Source: a virus
Taxonomy: Duplodnaviria; Caudoviricetes
DNA: 61,783 bases
Strand: one strand, 5' to 3'
Virus record (IMG/VR): IMGVR_UViG_3300030102_000228
Coordinates: 1-61,783 of that record
The first letter of the stretch is position 1. Each line of letters starts with the position of its first letter. The notes below the pieces were generated by a model. The model did no database searches, was not told the origin of the DNA, and saw nothing but the letters and a program-made list of their open reading frames with translations. Position numbers and translations under genes: made by a program. Positions 18,743 to 28,904 of this stretch are shown in pieces.

Positions 18743-19651
18743 TTAAGCCCCAGGCGACCCGAATATTCCGAGTGGATCGGAAACACCGAATGAGTAACGC
18801 TCACGAGCCTTGTAGCGGCTGTTACCTGTGTCAAAGTCTGCATCCATAGATGTAGCCATTGGTGAACGGGTAAAGTGCTTAAGACCGTTAGGAACGTCAG
18901 TCATTAAGAACCATGCGTCTGTGTCTGTCAGATAGTGGTTAATTGCATAACCCTCTGGAATTGACCCGTTGTTGCGGATCGCATTCAGATCATTATCTGC
19001 AGTTCCAACACGACCTTCAGTTTCAAGCAAACGAGTTGCCACGAACTGAAGTGCTGGTGGGATGATCAACTTACGAGGTCTCGCAGCGATCAACAGACCA
19101 CGCTCATCTGTCCAAGCAGCAATCTGAATAACTGAAGCTTCAAGTGAAGTTTCGTTAAGGTCAGCTGCAACTGCAGGACGGTTTGAGTTTGTACCGCCGC
19201 TCACCAATGGGTGGTCAGTAGCACAAAGGGTCTTGCCGTCACCATATGTAGTGCCAGCAGCGAAAGCATTGTTCAGGATTGACGCAGCTTTAACCTGCTT
19301 GGTGTACGCCATAGCACGAGCCAGAGCTTTTGTGTAACGAGCAGACAGAGAATCGTAGAGGTTGTCCTCGATTGCTTCTTCTGTGATGCTGAAACCCATA
19401 GCAACTGTTTCGTGGTTGTAGCGTGCAGTAAATGCTTCTTGCGCTGCATCGTATTCGATAGCAGAACCTTCAGCCTTTACAGGTGCAGCTGAGAAACCTG
19501 ACAATTTGGTTTCTTCCTCAAACGAGCGATCTGAGGTTTCTGATTCAAAGATTTCGGCGTGCTCTTCGCCGTATTTTGCGTACTCCAGTCCGAACAAAGC
19601 GTTTAGCCCTGGAAGGAGTTCTTTAAGTAGTTGTGCTCTTGAAATAGCCAT
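18743..19651 (-). CDS. Major capsid protein (HK97 fold, Mu gpT-like family)
   Basis: MAISRAQLLKELLPGLNALFG...KLIIPPALQ...DFDTGNSRYKARERYSFGVSD; follows scaffold. Confidence 0.9.
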   Translation of the reverse strand: MAISRAQLLKELLPGLNALFGLEYAKYGEEHAEIFESETSDRSFEEETKLSGFSAAPVKAEGSAIEYDAAQEAFTARYNHETVAMGFSITEEAIEDNLYDSLSARYTKALARAMAYTKQVKAASILNNAFAAGTTYGDGKTLCATDHPLVSGGTNSNRPAVAADLNETSLEASVIQIAAWTDERGLLIAARPRKLIIPPALQFVATRLLETEGRVGTADNDLNAIRNNGSIPEGYAINHYLTDTDAWFLMTDVPNGLKHFTRSPMATSMDADFDTGNSRYKARERYSFGVSDPLGIFGSPGA

Positions 19652-19664
19652 AACCAATCACTCC

Positions 19665-20258
19665 TTATATACCAGTTAAGTTGTTAAACGCATGGCCTGC
19701 ATTCCACTTGACATACGCTTCTGTAAATCCGCCAGAAGAGTTCTTGGTTTCTTCAACCAACTCAACAATACGGAAAGGAAGTGTATTAGTGGTAGCAGAG
19801 GTATCAGAGATAGCGCACTTAGAATTACCAGTGACTGTGCTACCTGTGTTGTCCACACCTGCAACGTTCGCACCAATATCGGTGATCGCAAGATCGCCAA
19901 TAGTTGTGCCTGATGAAACAACAGCCACTTTATACAGTATGTCTGTAGCGTCAGCTACGTAAGCAACAATGTCACTTGCGGCTGTGCTAGCAGGATAATA
20001 CTGCCTGAAAGTTAACTGTGAAGTGCTTGGATCTGTGAAAGAACAGCCCAAAAAGACACCGATAGGTGTCATAGCAGCATCAAACGTATCACGTTCGACA
20101 GTGCCCCCAGTAACGAGTTTCACGGCATCACCGTTGAAAATGTCAGTGGCATAACCACTGGCAATAGAATACTGACGAGTAACGCCAGCAAATGGAGTAC
20201 CGCTCAACAATTTTACTGGAACAAGCCCATAAGGGGCATCAACAGTTGGATATGCCAT
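19665..20258 (-). CDS. Capsid cement/decoration protein
   Basis: 197 aa; IFNGDAV...IGVFLGC; immediately upstream of MCP. Confidence 0.6.
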   Translation of the reverse strand: MAYPTVDAPYGLVPVKLLSGTPFAGVTRQYSIASGYATDIFNGDAVKLVTGGTVERDTFDAAMTPIGVFLGCSFTDPSTSQLTFRQYYPASTAASDIVAYVADATDILYKVAVVSSGTTIGDLAITDIGANVAGVDNTGSTVTGNSKCAISDTSATTNTLPFRIVELVEETKNSSGGFTEAYVKWNAGHAFNNLTGI

Positions 20259-20278
20259 CTTTGTATGTCCTTATTGAT

Positions 20279-20728
20279 TTAAGTTCCATTACCAAAAGTG
20301 ACCTTAGATTTTCTGTCGTTAAACAGAGGCATCCGTGGGTCATTTTCTCTCATAAGGTTGTTATCTACAGATTCCATCTGACCACGGGTTTGCGCTTCAA
20401 AATACGCAGTCCGTTCTTCAGCTAGTTCCTTTGGAGCTTTACAAAGCATCAAACCACCGATGACTATGTTGTCTTTAAACTTTTCGTTCTCAACTGTAAC
20501 CATAGTAATCTCAGGATGATCAGAGGCTTTTACAGGCTCCCAACCTTGTCTTAATTTTGAGGAAACGTTAGTGGCATCTACCGTTCCTTGAGTTGCTACA
20601 CGGACCCAGTGAAAGTCATACCCTGGCTGGGGTGTAGGATTTGGCAGTGTTTCTGGCCTCATCCAAGCCCTAGTGCGGGTGTTTTTATCTCTAGATTCCA
20701 GCTCTCTATCTAAACGATTTTCAGCCAT
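20279..20728 (-). CDS. Hypothetical head-module protein
   Basis: 149 aa; GWEPV...GGLMLCK. Confidence 0.7.
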   Translation of the reverse strand: MAENRLDRELESRDKNTRTRAWMRPETLPNPTPQPGYDFHWVRVATQGTVDATNVSSKLRQGWEPVKASDHPEITMVTVENEKFKDNIVIGGLMLCKAPKELAEERTAYFEAQTRGQMESVDNNLMRENDPRMPLFNDRKSKVTFGNGT

Positions 20729-21752
20729 TTTCTTTCCTCATATCTAGTGCAACCTGTTTGGCGTATTGTTCGGGGGTAAGCCCCAATCTCTTTGCGAGAT
20801 TCAATTGTGTTTGCGTAAGCCTAATTTTCTTAGGTGCTGTGCTCCGCGTAGCGGGGGCAACCACATTTGTTGTTCGCTGAGGCTGGGTATCATCCTCGAA
20901 TTGTTGATCGGTATCCTCAAAATTATCTGGGAATACCTGTCGCATACGCGCATCAATGCGCTCGTAGTAATCATCGCTCGAGGGATTTATGCCCTCTTTG
21001 ACAAGTTTGTTATGCAACCCCAGCGCAAAACTTGTCATTTCATCGTCAGATCCAAACCAAGTATTGGTTTCTGCCCATTTCTGAACTCTTGGATCAACTG
21101 GTTCCGCTGGAGCGGGTTGTTCTTCTTGTTGTACCGCGCTTTCTTCTTCTTGTAAAGCGGGTAGCTTAAAATTAGCTAGCTTATCAGCACGTAGCTTGGC
21201 GGATGTTAAACTTTCCTGTGCAGTAAGTACCGCATCAGAATCACCAGACTCGTACGCTTGTTTATAAGCCTGTTTACTATTAGCTAGTTCTGCTTCGACT
21301 TGTTTCTTAGCTTGTTCTAGTAAAGCCTGTTGATTCTTAGTAACATCAGCTTTTAGCTTTTTGTTTTCCTCAAGAACTTTTTGAGACAGTGATTCAAGCT
21401 CCGCACGCTCACGTTGAGCAGCTTCTTTAGCACGCCGCTCATCGTGATACCCCTTACTAAAGTGCTGAATTCTTTTGCGTACCTTTTCAGAGTAATCTTC
21501 CAACTCCTCATCCGTGATATCAGCGGGTGGCTCAGACGCTTTACGTCCTCTGTCAGCTTTTGGAGTATCATCGACCACTTCAATTTCTGGTTCACTCTCA
21601 ACAGGGTCAGGTTCACTCTTAGGTTTGTAATCATCCTCTGACTTCTTACCTGACACATCGATTTCAACTGCGCTAGAAGATTCAATTTCTATCTCCTTCT
21701 TCTCTCCCTCATTCTCATGAGGAAACTCAAATTCGACCTTTTGGAACGGCAT
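20721..21752 (-). CDS. Capsid scaffolding protein
   Basis: Acidic coiled coil; C-terminal LTQTQLNLAKRLGLTPEQYAK; lies between portal and MCP. Confidence 0.75.
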   Translation of the reverse strand: MPFQKVEFEFPHENEGEKKEIEIESSSAVEIDVSGKKSEDDYKPKSEPDPVESEPEIEVVDDTPKADRGRKASEPPADITDEELEDYSEKVRKRIQHFSKGYHDERRAKEAAQRERAELESLSQKVLEENKKLKADVTKNQQALLEQAKKQVEAELANSKQAYKQAYESGDSDAVLTAQESLTSAKLRADKLANFKLPALQEEESAVQQEEQPAPAEPVDPRVQKWAETNTWFGSDDEMTSFALGLHNKLVKEGINPSSDDYYERIDARMRQVFPDNFEDTDQQFEDDTQPQRTTNVVAPATRSTAPKKIRLTQTQLNLAKRLGLTPEQYAKQVALDMRKENG

Positions 21753-21762
21753 TCTACTCTCC

Positions 21763-22140
21763 CTATACAGTCATGATTCCTGAAGGGTCTGGAATAACCG
21801 CTTCAATAGAATCATCGTTCATTAACCTAAACTCTTTACCGTTTACCTTGAAACGAGTTCCTGTGTTCATACGAAACATTACGTAATCCCCAGGTTTACA
21901 CCATGCACCATCAGGAAAACGTTCCTTGTCAGTGTATGCTGACTCGCCCATGTCTAACACAATCCCCATGATAGACATGATGTATTCACGGTGTTTCTGT
22001 GTATCGGTTTTTAGAATACCTGTATCCTTAAAATGTTCGTCCACATCAGGAAGTGCTACCAACACACGGTAGCCTACAGGTTTAGGAAGTTGCGCTTCCC
22101 AAGCGTCTTCGGTAATTTTCTGAGCTGCCTCAGTCATCAT
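21763..22140 (-). CDS. groES: GroES/Cpn10-like co-chaperonin
   Basis: PVGYRVLV...GIVLDMG...KPGDYVMF...GKEFRLMNDDSIEAV. Confidence 0.85.
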   Translation of the reverse strand: MMTEAAQKITEDAWEAQLPKPVGYRVLVALPDVDEHFKDTGILKTDTQKHREYIMSIMGIVLDMGESAYTDKERFPDGAWCKPGDYVMFRMNTGTRFKVNGKEFRLMNDDSIEAVIPDPSGIMTV

Positions 22141-22327
22141 CTAGCTCCAAATAGTTTTTCGCAAGGTCTTCTACGTGATTGCGGCAGGAGTCCAGACCTC
22201 GTATAACTCCTACGACTTCCCTGTATGCAGCGAAGTCTTGCGCTCCGCCACCAACAAGATGCTGTTGTGCTGCTTCTTTATCTTCTTCAAGCTTTTCTAA
22301 CAGCACCTCAAATACTGTTTTTGCCAT
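22130..22327 (-). CDS. Hypothetical 65-aa protein
   Basis: Coupled to the portal stop; helical. Confidence 0.7.
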   Translation of the reverse strand: MAKTVFEVLLEKLEEDKEAAQQHLVGGGAQDFAAYREVVGVIRGLDSCRNHVEDLAKNYLELDDD

Positions 22328-24753
22328 TACTTACCTTTCGTCAAGCCCATCATATCCATTCCAGCTTTGTTCTTAATCTTGATCTGCTCGTTCCTTGAGG
22401 AAACACCAGCTTTCTTAGCTTCAAGTTTGATTTCAGCCTTATCAATGGCTTCATCTGCCTTGTCTTTATCGATCTTGCGTTTGAGTTCTGCGGCTTGCAG
22501 TTGTAACTCAGCCTGATCTTTTTGTGTCTTACGCTGCACTTCAGCCATTTTAGCCTGCGCTTCCATCTGTCTAATTTGCAGATTTGGATCTTGCGCCTGC
22601 TGTTGTGCTGCTTGTTGTGCGGCTTTTTGCTGGTTTTCCTGTTGGAGTTGTTGTCCTGCGTCAGAGACGAGGCGAGACAGTTGTACTTCGATTTGTTCAG
22701 GCAGCTGTTCGTTTGGTGGAGGCAGCTCAACGCCCAACCGTTCTTCAATCTGCTGTCTGTACTGGAACCCAAGGTGTTCAGCTATATGTGCTTGCAGTGA
22801 AGACATAATCTGATTTGCCTGTGGGTTTTGCCCAATCATTTGTGCGACCATAGGATCTTTCATAAATGACATATGGGCGGCGATATGTGCTTGGTGGTCT
22901 TGATAAAGGAATGCTTTGACTGGTTTGCCAGTAAGTGCATCCATATTCTCGCTTACAGGATCTGCAGGTTTTGCATCGTCCGCTGTAGGAACAAGTTTAT
23001 CTGCGTTCTTGATTCCAAGAACTTCAATCATTTGCCTATGAAGCTGTGGTAAGTCGTATATCTGAGGCGCTTGTTGTGCCATTTGTAGCACGGCCTGATA
23101 CTGTACGACACGCTGTGCCATAGTTGAGCTGTTAGGATCACTAACGGGTATTACGTCAACCATCATATAGTCAGATTGGCGTGCGCTGATTTCGCCCCTA
23201 ATAGGTTCGTAATCGTAATCTATGGGTGCGTACTCAGACATAATTGCCTTGAGTAGTTTAAACTCCTGCTTCATGGCAAAGTGTACACGAGATTGTACAG
23301 CTGCCATTGGTTTCAGAGTGCGCTCTAATAGGGCCAGTGTTGTACCCACAGGAGCGTTTGCGGACATATCTGATATGTTCATGTCCGAAATAGCGCCAAG
23401 TCTACGTCCTTCTTGCGTGATTCTATCAAGCAAAGATAGCAAAGTTTGGCTTGGTTCTTTGTATGGCATGGGCATGATGTTGTCACGGATACTACCAGAC
23501 GGTACATCAACGTCTTTCCATTCCCCAGGTTCAATGGGACGATCGTCCCCCTTGATACGGAGTCCTCTGGACTTCAAACCCCCAGGGAGGTTGGAAAGGG
23601 TTCCAGCATCTACTAGCTGACGTATCAAGGAGGTTCCCGCCCGCGCGTACCCCCCAATGATGTGGATCAAGCCCAATCCATAGAACCCAAAACCTGGGAC
23701 GTATGGATAGTGGACAAAATGCTGACGCTTCAGCATTAGGGGATCAGCAGGGTTCCAATTTCTTCGGATACCCAGCACTTCTCCCGATCCAACTTCAATG
23801 GTGACTACGTACGGTTTAGCAATTTCATCTTCGGAATCATCGATGCCATCAATAACTAGATCTGCATGAACTTCGTATATAGCGAAGCGGTCATCGTCAG
23901 TTAACGAATACCCGCCTTCTTCCGCTTTTCTTTTTTCGATATCTGAATGGTACGGTTGCGGCTCCCCGATATCTACATCTCTGTAGAATCCAACAGACTG
24001 TAACTTCTTCAGTTCGTTTTTAGTTTTCCGCATAACGTGAGTTACACGCTCTGCGGTTTCGATATGTGTCGCACCGTAAGGTACGATTACATCTTCAGCT
24101 GGGATAAACAGAGCAACCTGTCTACCCAAATTAGGATCATAATAAACTTTCTTAAACGCAGACCCTGCTAGTCCTAGACTGTACAGCAACCGCTCATGTT
24201 CTGGACGGTACTCAACCATGTTCTCAGTCAACTGATAGTTCATATCAGCTTTGACTCGTAAGGATGCGTCTATTTTTTCTTGTGTCTCATCACCTAAAAT
24301 TTTTACTTTTACGGGACCATTAGCAGGAAATGTCTCTGACATTGTTTCAGCTTGGAAACGAATAGCAGCTTCTGCCAGCACAGTAGAGTATACCCCACAA
24401 GCTCCTTCCCATGGTTCTGTACGCTCTTCATACTTAAAGCCCAGTACGTCCAGACCCTTTACAAAGGTGTCTGCCCATTCTTTACGACTGTCCTCATCGC
24501 TTTCAATAAGGCCCATAAGCTCATCGGCTATGTAGCTAAGATCTCCCTCATCCAGCACTTCTGCTAGGTTAGCGTCAAAAGAAGTAGCATCACCTACATC
24601 CGCATCAGGGATGATGGTGATTTCCATGCTGCCGTCATCAAGAGTAACAGACTCAGGATTTACGATCTCTATTTCGAGTTCTTCTGGAGCTGCCGCTCCT
24701 TGTTCCTCGTCCATACCCACTGGGGCTTGATACACGCTTTTTTCTACTGCCAT
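22327..24753 (-). CDS. Portal protein (P22-like, with C-terminal barrel coiled coil)
   Basis: 808 aa, directly downstream of TerL; GSAFKKVYYD; Gln-rich helical C-terminus. Confidence 0.85.
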   Translation of the reverse strand: MAVEKSVYQAPVGMDEEQGAAAPEELEIEIVNPESVTLDDGSMEITIIPDADVGDATSFDANLAEVLDEGDLSYIADELMGLIESDEDSRKEWADTFVKGLDVLGFKYEERTEPWEGACGVYSTVLAEAAIRFQAETMSETFPANGPVKVKILGDETQEKIDASLRVKADMNYQLTENMVEYRPEHERLLYSLGLAGSAFKKVYYDPNLGRQVALFIPAEDVIVPYGATHIETAERVTHVMRKTKNELKKLQSVGFYRDVDIGEPQPYHSDIEKRKAEEGGYSLTDDDRFAIYEVHADLVIDGIDDSEDEIAKPYVVTIEVGSGEVLGIRRNWNPADPLMLKRQHFVHYPYVPGFGFYGLGLIHIIGGYARAGTSLIRQLVDAGTLSNLPGGLKSRGLRIKGDDRPIEPGEWKDVDVPSGSIRDNIMPMPYKEPSQTLLSLLDRITQEGRRLGAISDMNISDMSANAPVGTTLALLERTLKPMAAVQSRVHFAMKQEFKLLKAIMSEYAPIDYDYEPIRGEISARQSDYMMVDVIPVSDPNSSTMAQRVVQYQAVLQMAQQAPQIYDLPQLHRQMIEVLGIKNADKLVPTADDAKPADPVSENMDALTGKPVKAFLYQDHQAHIAAHMSFMKDPMVAQMIGQNPQANQIMSSLQAHIAEHLGFQYRQQIEERLGVELPPPNEQLPEQIEVQLSRLVSDAGQQLQQENQQKAAQQAAQQQAQDPNLQIRQMEAQAKMAEVQRKTQKDQAELQLQAAELKRKIDKDKADEAIDKAEIKLEAKKAGVSSRNEQIKIKNKAGMDMMGLTKGK

Positions 24754-26315
24754 TAGTAATACCCGCCACGCTTCTGCTTAAAATACTGTATCTCGTCAGG
24801 TTCATCAGTTGGCAGGCGGATAAATCCTCCCTGCCTAAATCTCATGAGTGCCATTACGGTAGAGTCTACCAAGTCATCGTGACTCATGAAAGGAAAACCT
24901 GCGATCTCCTCCACAACCTCTTCTGCCCATCGTGTCTGAGGTATCCATACCATACCCGATGCCACTATGTCAGCTACAGAATTAAGTCTTGCTAATTTAT
25001 CCCCTGTACCTCTATGAGGTGTGTATTCCTGCACAGGCAGGCCACTACGCCGCATTTCTTGGTAAATCGCCGTACCTGCGCTTTTCTTTTCCACTATAAA
25101 CGCATCTGGTTCCCACTCGTCATACTCTTCCATACACAGTTGTTTTAGTTCAGGGAACTCAAATCTGTCCTTTATACTATTCAACAGTATGATGTGATGC
25201 CCACCCTCACTCTCGTTTAGGAACACACCCCAAGTTGTCAACGCTGTATAGTCAGCTCGATTGTGTTTTTCAGCAGCGGCATCAAGAGACATGATAATAT
25301 ATTCACACGAAGGTGGACTTTCTGCTGTCCACGCATTCCACCATTCACGTTTAATAATAGAAGCTTCTTCTGCTGTAGGTGTCTGTTGATACTGTGCATT
25401 CCACTGAAACGCAGGCATTGACGCTTTAGTTCGTAGCAGTGCCTCCATGTCAAAGAACTCAGGCCACAGCGGTTTTTCTGTTGTCTTGCCCTTATTCTCA
25501 ATACTCAGTATAGCGGGGAACTCAACCACATCATATTGGTCAGCGAGGGCGTTCTGAGCTTGGTCTTTAACCACTCTTCCTGTGAGGTCGTCCATGTGCC
25601 AGCGGGTCTGAATGATTGCCACCTTACCCCCTGGCATAAGTCGAGTTCTGGCCCCGAATGTAAACCACTCGTAGGCTTTATCAAACACTTCAAAGTTTCC
25701 GTTGATGACATCTTGTTCGGAATGGGGATCGTCCACGAGCAAGAGGTGAGCACCACGACCAGCAAGAGCTGAACCAATACCACACGCATAGTATTCTCCT
25801 CCCATGTTTGTGTTCCATCTACCCGCAGACTTACTGTCAGAGGCTAGTGCTACAGTAGGAAATATCTCCTTATAACTATCAGATGCTATCATGTTTCGGA
25901 CTTTACGCCCAAAATCCACCGCTAAATCAGTAGTATGTGACACCATCATGACCTTTTTGTCAGGGTTTCTACCCAAAAACCATGCTGGGAACATGATAGA
26001 CACTAGTTGCGACTTACCATGTCGTGGTGGTATATTAACGCATATTCGGTCTTTTTTACCGAGTTCAATATCCATAAGCATATCTGCCAGCATTCTGTGG
26101 TGTTTGCCCACAATGTAATCTGGCTGCATATGTTTACAGAACTCAATGAGGTCATCATATGCTTTCTTATATTGTTGCCGTGTACTTATCTCCCCAGCAA
26201 GCTTGTCAATCTCAGCAATCTCTTCAGGAGAAAAAGAGTCCAAGTTGGCTAACATATGCTCTATGTCGGCTTCGGAAAATGAAAAGTCCTGTCTATCGCT
26301 GTCCAACGTGCTCAT
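24753..26315 (-). CDS. terL: Terminase large subunit
   Basis: Walker A PPRHGKS; Walker B LLLVDDP; QTRWHMDD; RNase H-like SLD...HDDLVD. Confidence 0.95.
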   Translation of the reverse strand: MSTLDSDRQDFSFSEADIEHMLANLDSFSPEEIAEIDKLAGEISTRQQYKKAYDDLIEFCKHMQPDYIVGKHHRMLADMLMDIELGKKDRICVNIPPRHGKSQLVSIMFPAWFLGRNPDKKVMMVSHTTDLAVDFGRKVRNMIASDSYKEIFPTVALASDSKSAGRWNTNMGGEYYACGIGSALAGRGAHLLLVDDPHSEQDVINGNFEVFDKAYEWFTFGARTRLMPGGKVAIIQTRWHMDDLTGRVVKDQAQNALADQYDVVEFPAILSIENKGKTTEKPLWPEFFDMEALLRTKASMPAFQWNAQYQQTPTAEEASIIKREWWNAWTAESPPSCEYIIMSLDAAAEKHNRADYTALTTWGVFLNESEGGHHIILLNSIKDRFEFPELKQLCMEEYDEWEPDAFIVEKKSAGTAIYQEMRRSGLPVQEYTPHRGTGDKLARLNSVADIVASGMVWIPQTRWAEEVVEEIAGFPFMSHDDLVDSTVMALMRFRQGGFIRLPTDEPDEIQYFKQKRGGYY

Positions 26316-26316
26316 G

Positions 26317-26532
26317 TCACACTCTTGACCCTGCCTGACCTTTTACACAAGCGGTATCTACAACCCTGTAGGGCATATCAAGCTTGTCCCATATCGCTCT
26401 AGCGGTCATGATCATCTCTGTAATACGTGTTTCACACTCAATGCTAGTCTTATATGGGCCTCTTGTGTCCGTAACTTGTATACAAGGCTGTGCTGTACCC
26501 ATCCAACAAGCCAATACAAGTGCGCTATACAT
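26317..26532 (-). CDS. Small Cys-containing hypothetical protein with hydrophobic N-terminus
   Basis: 71 aa; four Cys. Confidence 0.6.
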   Translation of the reverse strand: MYSALVLACWMGTAQPCIQVTDTRGPYKTSIECETRITEMIMTARAIWDKLDMPYRVVDTACVKGQAGSRV

Positions 26533-27115
26533 CTTTTAGCCCTAGTTCTTTATCAACATCTACAGGTTCTCCGTCTAAAACCACTGCATCTTCTACTTCT
26601 TCGGGGTTTATTAGCTTAGAAAGCTTGGCTCGGAGGCTTTCACGCAGCTCATCCGTAGTTTTATGGGTTACAGTGACCTCTGTTTTGTCTGAAAACAGCC
26701 CAACATCGGAAATTTTGCCTAAAAGTTCCAACGCACGTATGCGAACACGCGGATCAGGGTTGTCAGTCTCTAAAATTAGCTTGTTTGTGACCATATGACG
26801 GACCTGCATTGCAGAGTTTGCCACAGATTGCCCAAATTCTTGTAAAATATTGCTGGTCAACACCAAAGATGCGGGGGTCAGAGTCGCCGCCCGCTTGTTT
26901 GTGACCTTTTTTGATGTCTTTTCAGGGTCTTCTGCGTACGCCATGGACAATTTAGACGCAATATCTTGGTCTTCTTTGTCAGGTTTGACCTCAAGACCGT
27001 GCGCCGAAAGTTCTTGTACGGTGTTACAAGCTGCCTCTGCACGAATCTTAAGATCCATGTAGGGTTCGTTGGGGGCGTAGGGTACGCCTATCTCAGGTTC
27101 TATCAGTAAAGTCAT
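26525..27115 (-). CDS. terS: Putative terminase small subunit
   Basis: Position upstream of TerL; IRALELLGK...LF motif. Confidence 0.6.
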   Translation of the reverse strand: MTLLIEPEIGVPYAPNEPYMDLKIRAEAACNTVQELSAHGLEVKPDKEDQDIASKLSMAYAEDPEKTSKKVTNKRAATLTPASLVLTSNILQEFGQSVANSAMQVRHMVTNKLILETDNPDPRVRIRALELLGKISDVGLFSDKTEVTVTHKTTDELRESLRAKLSKLINPEEVEDAVVLDGEPVDVDKELGLKDV

Positions 27116-27168
27116 AGCATCTTACGCAGGTTGTTAACCGATAGTTATTTTTTATACGCTATAATGAG

Positions 27169-27537
27169 TTATTCTGCAACACCGTGGTGTTCTTGCCAAT
27201 GTAGCTTGCGATGACAGTTAGCACACAGCGGTATACATTTCTCTTGCACTTCTTTCATTGCAGCTCCATACCGCCCTGCACCAATAAGCTCCCATATATT
27301 TTGTTTGCCCTCTTTTATAACGTGATGGAAATCTATGATGGCAGGATGCTTCTCTCCGCAGTGTGCGCATTTTAGCTTCGCTTTAAACTCAGCCCACTCC
27401 TGTTTGTACCTGCGCCGATTCCGTTTGGAGTCAGCTTTGTGTTTTTCTTTGTTACGCTGATACCATTCTTTTTGGTAGTTACGCTGATACTCGGTAGCCA
27501 TGTGGTCTTCCCCCCGATAGGAAGACCTCCCTTTCAT
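27169..27537 (-). CDS. HNH endonuclease (start may be 27501)
   Basis: CAHCGE...DFHH...KCIPLCANCHRKLH. Confidence 0.85.
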   Translation of the reverse strand: MKGRSSYRGEDHMATEYQRNYQKEWYQRNKEKHKADSKRNRRRYKQEWAEFKAKLKCAHCGEKHPAIIDFHHVIKEGKQNIWELIGAGRYGAAMKEVQEKCIPLCANCHRKLHWQEHHGVAE

Positions 27538-27544
27538 GCAAAAT

Positions 27545-27574
27545 ATTACATAGTGCGAAAAAAATTTTTGTCAA
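27545..27574 (-). promoter_or_regulatory. Possible sigma70-type promoter for the late arm
   Basis: TTGACA at 27574-27569 followed by an AT-rich -10 region (TATGTAATAT); spacing imperfect. Confidence 0.4.
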
Positions 27575-27842
27575 AAGAAGTTTAGGAGTCCCTATAGGGG
27601 GGTGTTCCCTGTGAGAGGGGGGTGGGGTAAGCCGAACGTAAATATGAACTCATAATTCGTGTAAAATAGTATTACATACAGCATATAGTAACAGACTATG
27701 ACAAGCGGCCTATGGGGAGGGGGTGGGATGTCAGAAAGTTGTAAACAATAACGTATTATGTCAAAACATCCATTGTAATTATTTTTAATTGATGCCATAA
27801 AGGGGGCGTCTTCAGGGCAACTCCGCCCTGTTGATTAACTCG

Positions 27843-27860
27843 GTTAGGGAATTCCCTAAC
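27843..27860. repeat. 18-bp palindrome copy 1 (GTTAGGGAATTCCCTAAC)
   Basis: Exact; degenerate 14/18 copy adjacent at 27863-27880. Confidence 0.95.
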
Positions 27861-27912
27861 TTGTTAGGGGATTGTCTAGCCTTAACTTCTTTTGTCATGA
27901 AAGGAAAAAGCT

Positions 27913-28464
27913 ATGACAAACTCTATCATTACAGACGGTATCTTGAACGCAATCCCTGTTGAAGTGAAGAAAGCATATCACGCCGACCAGTCGGCTGAGA
28001 AAGCTTTTGTCAAAAAACGGGGCGCGTTTATTGACTTGTGTTACTCTCTCAACATTCGGTCAAACATGGTTCAGTCTCCAAAGACTGGCGGCATGATTAC
28101 CGAAGAGGCATTCGAGGAACTGAATGCTATGATTGTTAGCGAATTTCCAGCTAATGAACAGAAGCTATTGGCTATGCCTGCCAAGGCGGTTCCAGAAGGT
28201 CGTAAAGATGTGAGGAAACAACTTCAGCAGAAGATTGGTTCCAAGCGGAAAGACCTAAAGAATGCTCTCAAGAGGCGTGAAGAGTTACACGCCCAAGGCA
28301 AAGGGGCGGACACTATCCGCACCAGAACATCTGAAGAGATATTGGCAAACTCTCTCACAGATGCCTTGAAGAGAGTGCAAACTCTTGAGGAACCGACTTT
28401 CGATGTTGAGGCTTTTGTTGAACACATCGAGGCGGCTCAGGAAGTCATGAAACAAGGTCTGTAA
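27913..28464 (+). CDS. First early gene, hypothetical helical protein
   Basis: 183 aa; RBS GAAAGGAAAAAG. Confidence 0.8.
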   Translation: MTNSIITDGILNAIPVEVKKAYHADQSAEKAFVKKRGAFIDLCYSLNIRSNMVQSPKTGGMITEEAFEELNAMIVSEFPANEQKLLAMPAKAVPEGRKDVRKQLQQKIGSKRKDLKNALKRREELHAQGKGADTIRTRTSEEILANSLTDALKRVQTLEEPTFDVEAFVEHIEAAQEVMKQGL

Positions 28465-28473
28465 ACAACTTAG

Positions 28474-28509
28474 GGCGAGGCAGTCAGACTGCCTCGCCTG
28501 TCTCTTTTT
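28474..28509 (+). terminator. Stem-loop, possible terminator
   Basis: GGCGAGGCAGT/ACTGCCTCGCC stem followed by TCTCTTTTT. Confidence 0.55.
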
Positions 28510-28523
28510 GGAAAGGAAAAATC

Positions 28524-28850
28524 ATGAAACTATCTGACAGTGAAAATCAACTTGCAACTTCTGGTATTACTCAAGAGGAATTGGAAGATTGGTTATCTAA
28601 ATCTGAAGAGACTGGCTCTTACCGAGGCTACGGTCGTCATACTATTGCTATGGCACTGCTAGCTAAGATTGAGGCTAACCAAAGAATAGCTGATATGAAC
28701 AAGGCAATGGCTGAGTCACTAGAAGAGATTGACCTAGCCGAATTGGATAAGGTCAACGAAAAATGGAAACGTGCTAACTCTAGTTGGTTAGAACGGTATA
28801 AGACTGTTGATGAGAAACGAAAGAAGTTGATGTACTACTTATCTCTATAA
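28524..28850 (+). CDS. Second early gene, hypothetical
   Basis: 108 aa; RBS GGAAAGGAAAAA. Confidence 0.8.
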   Translation: MKLSDSENQLATSGITQEELEDWLSKSEETGSYRGYGRHTIAMALLAKIEANQRIADMNKAMAESLEEIDLAELDKVNEKWKRANSSWLERYKTVDEKRKKLMYYLSL

Positions 28851-28857
28851 CAAATTT

Positions 28858-28887
28858 AGGCAGGGCTTTTTAGTCCTGCCTTTTTTT
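28858..28887 (+). terminator. Rho-independent terminator
   Basis: AGGCAGGGC-ttttta-GTCCTGCCT plus T-run. Confidence 0.85.
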
Positions 28888-28904
28888 GTGCCAAAATTTT
28901 GGCT

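Noticed and set aside
27843-27860. Palindrome as protelomerase site, telomeric TTAGGG, NF-kB site or EcoRI decoy
   Set aside because: Ten internal copies and no protelomerase; eukaryotic motif similarity is coincidental in a phage; GAATTC also occurs elsewhere without these flanks
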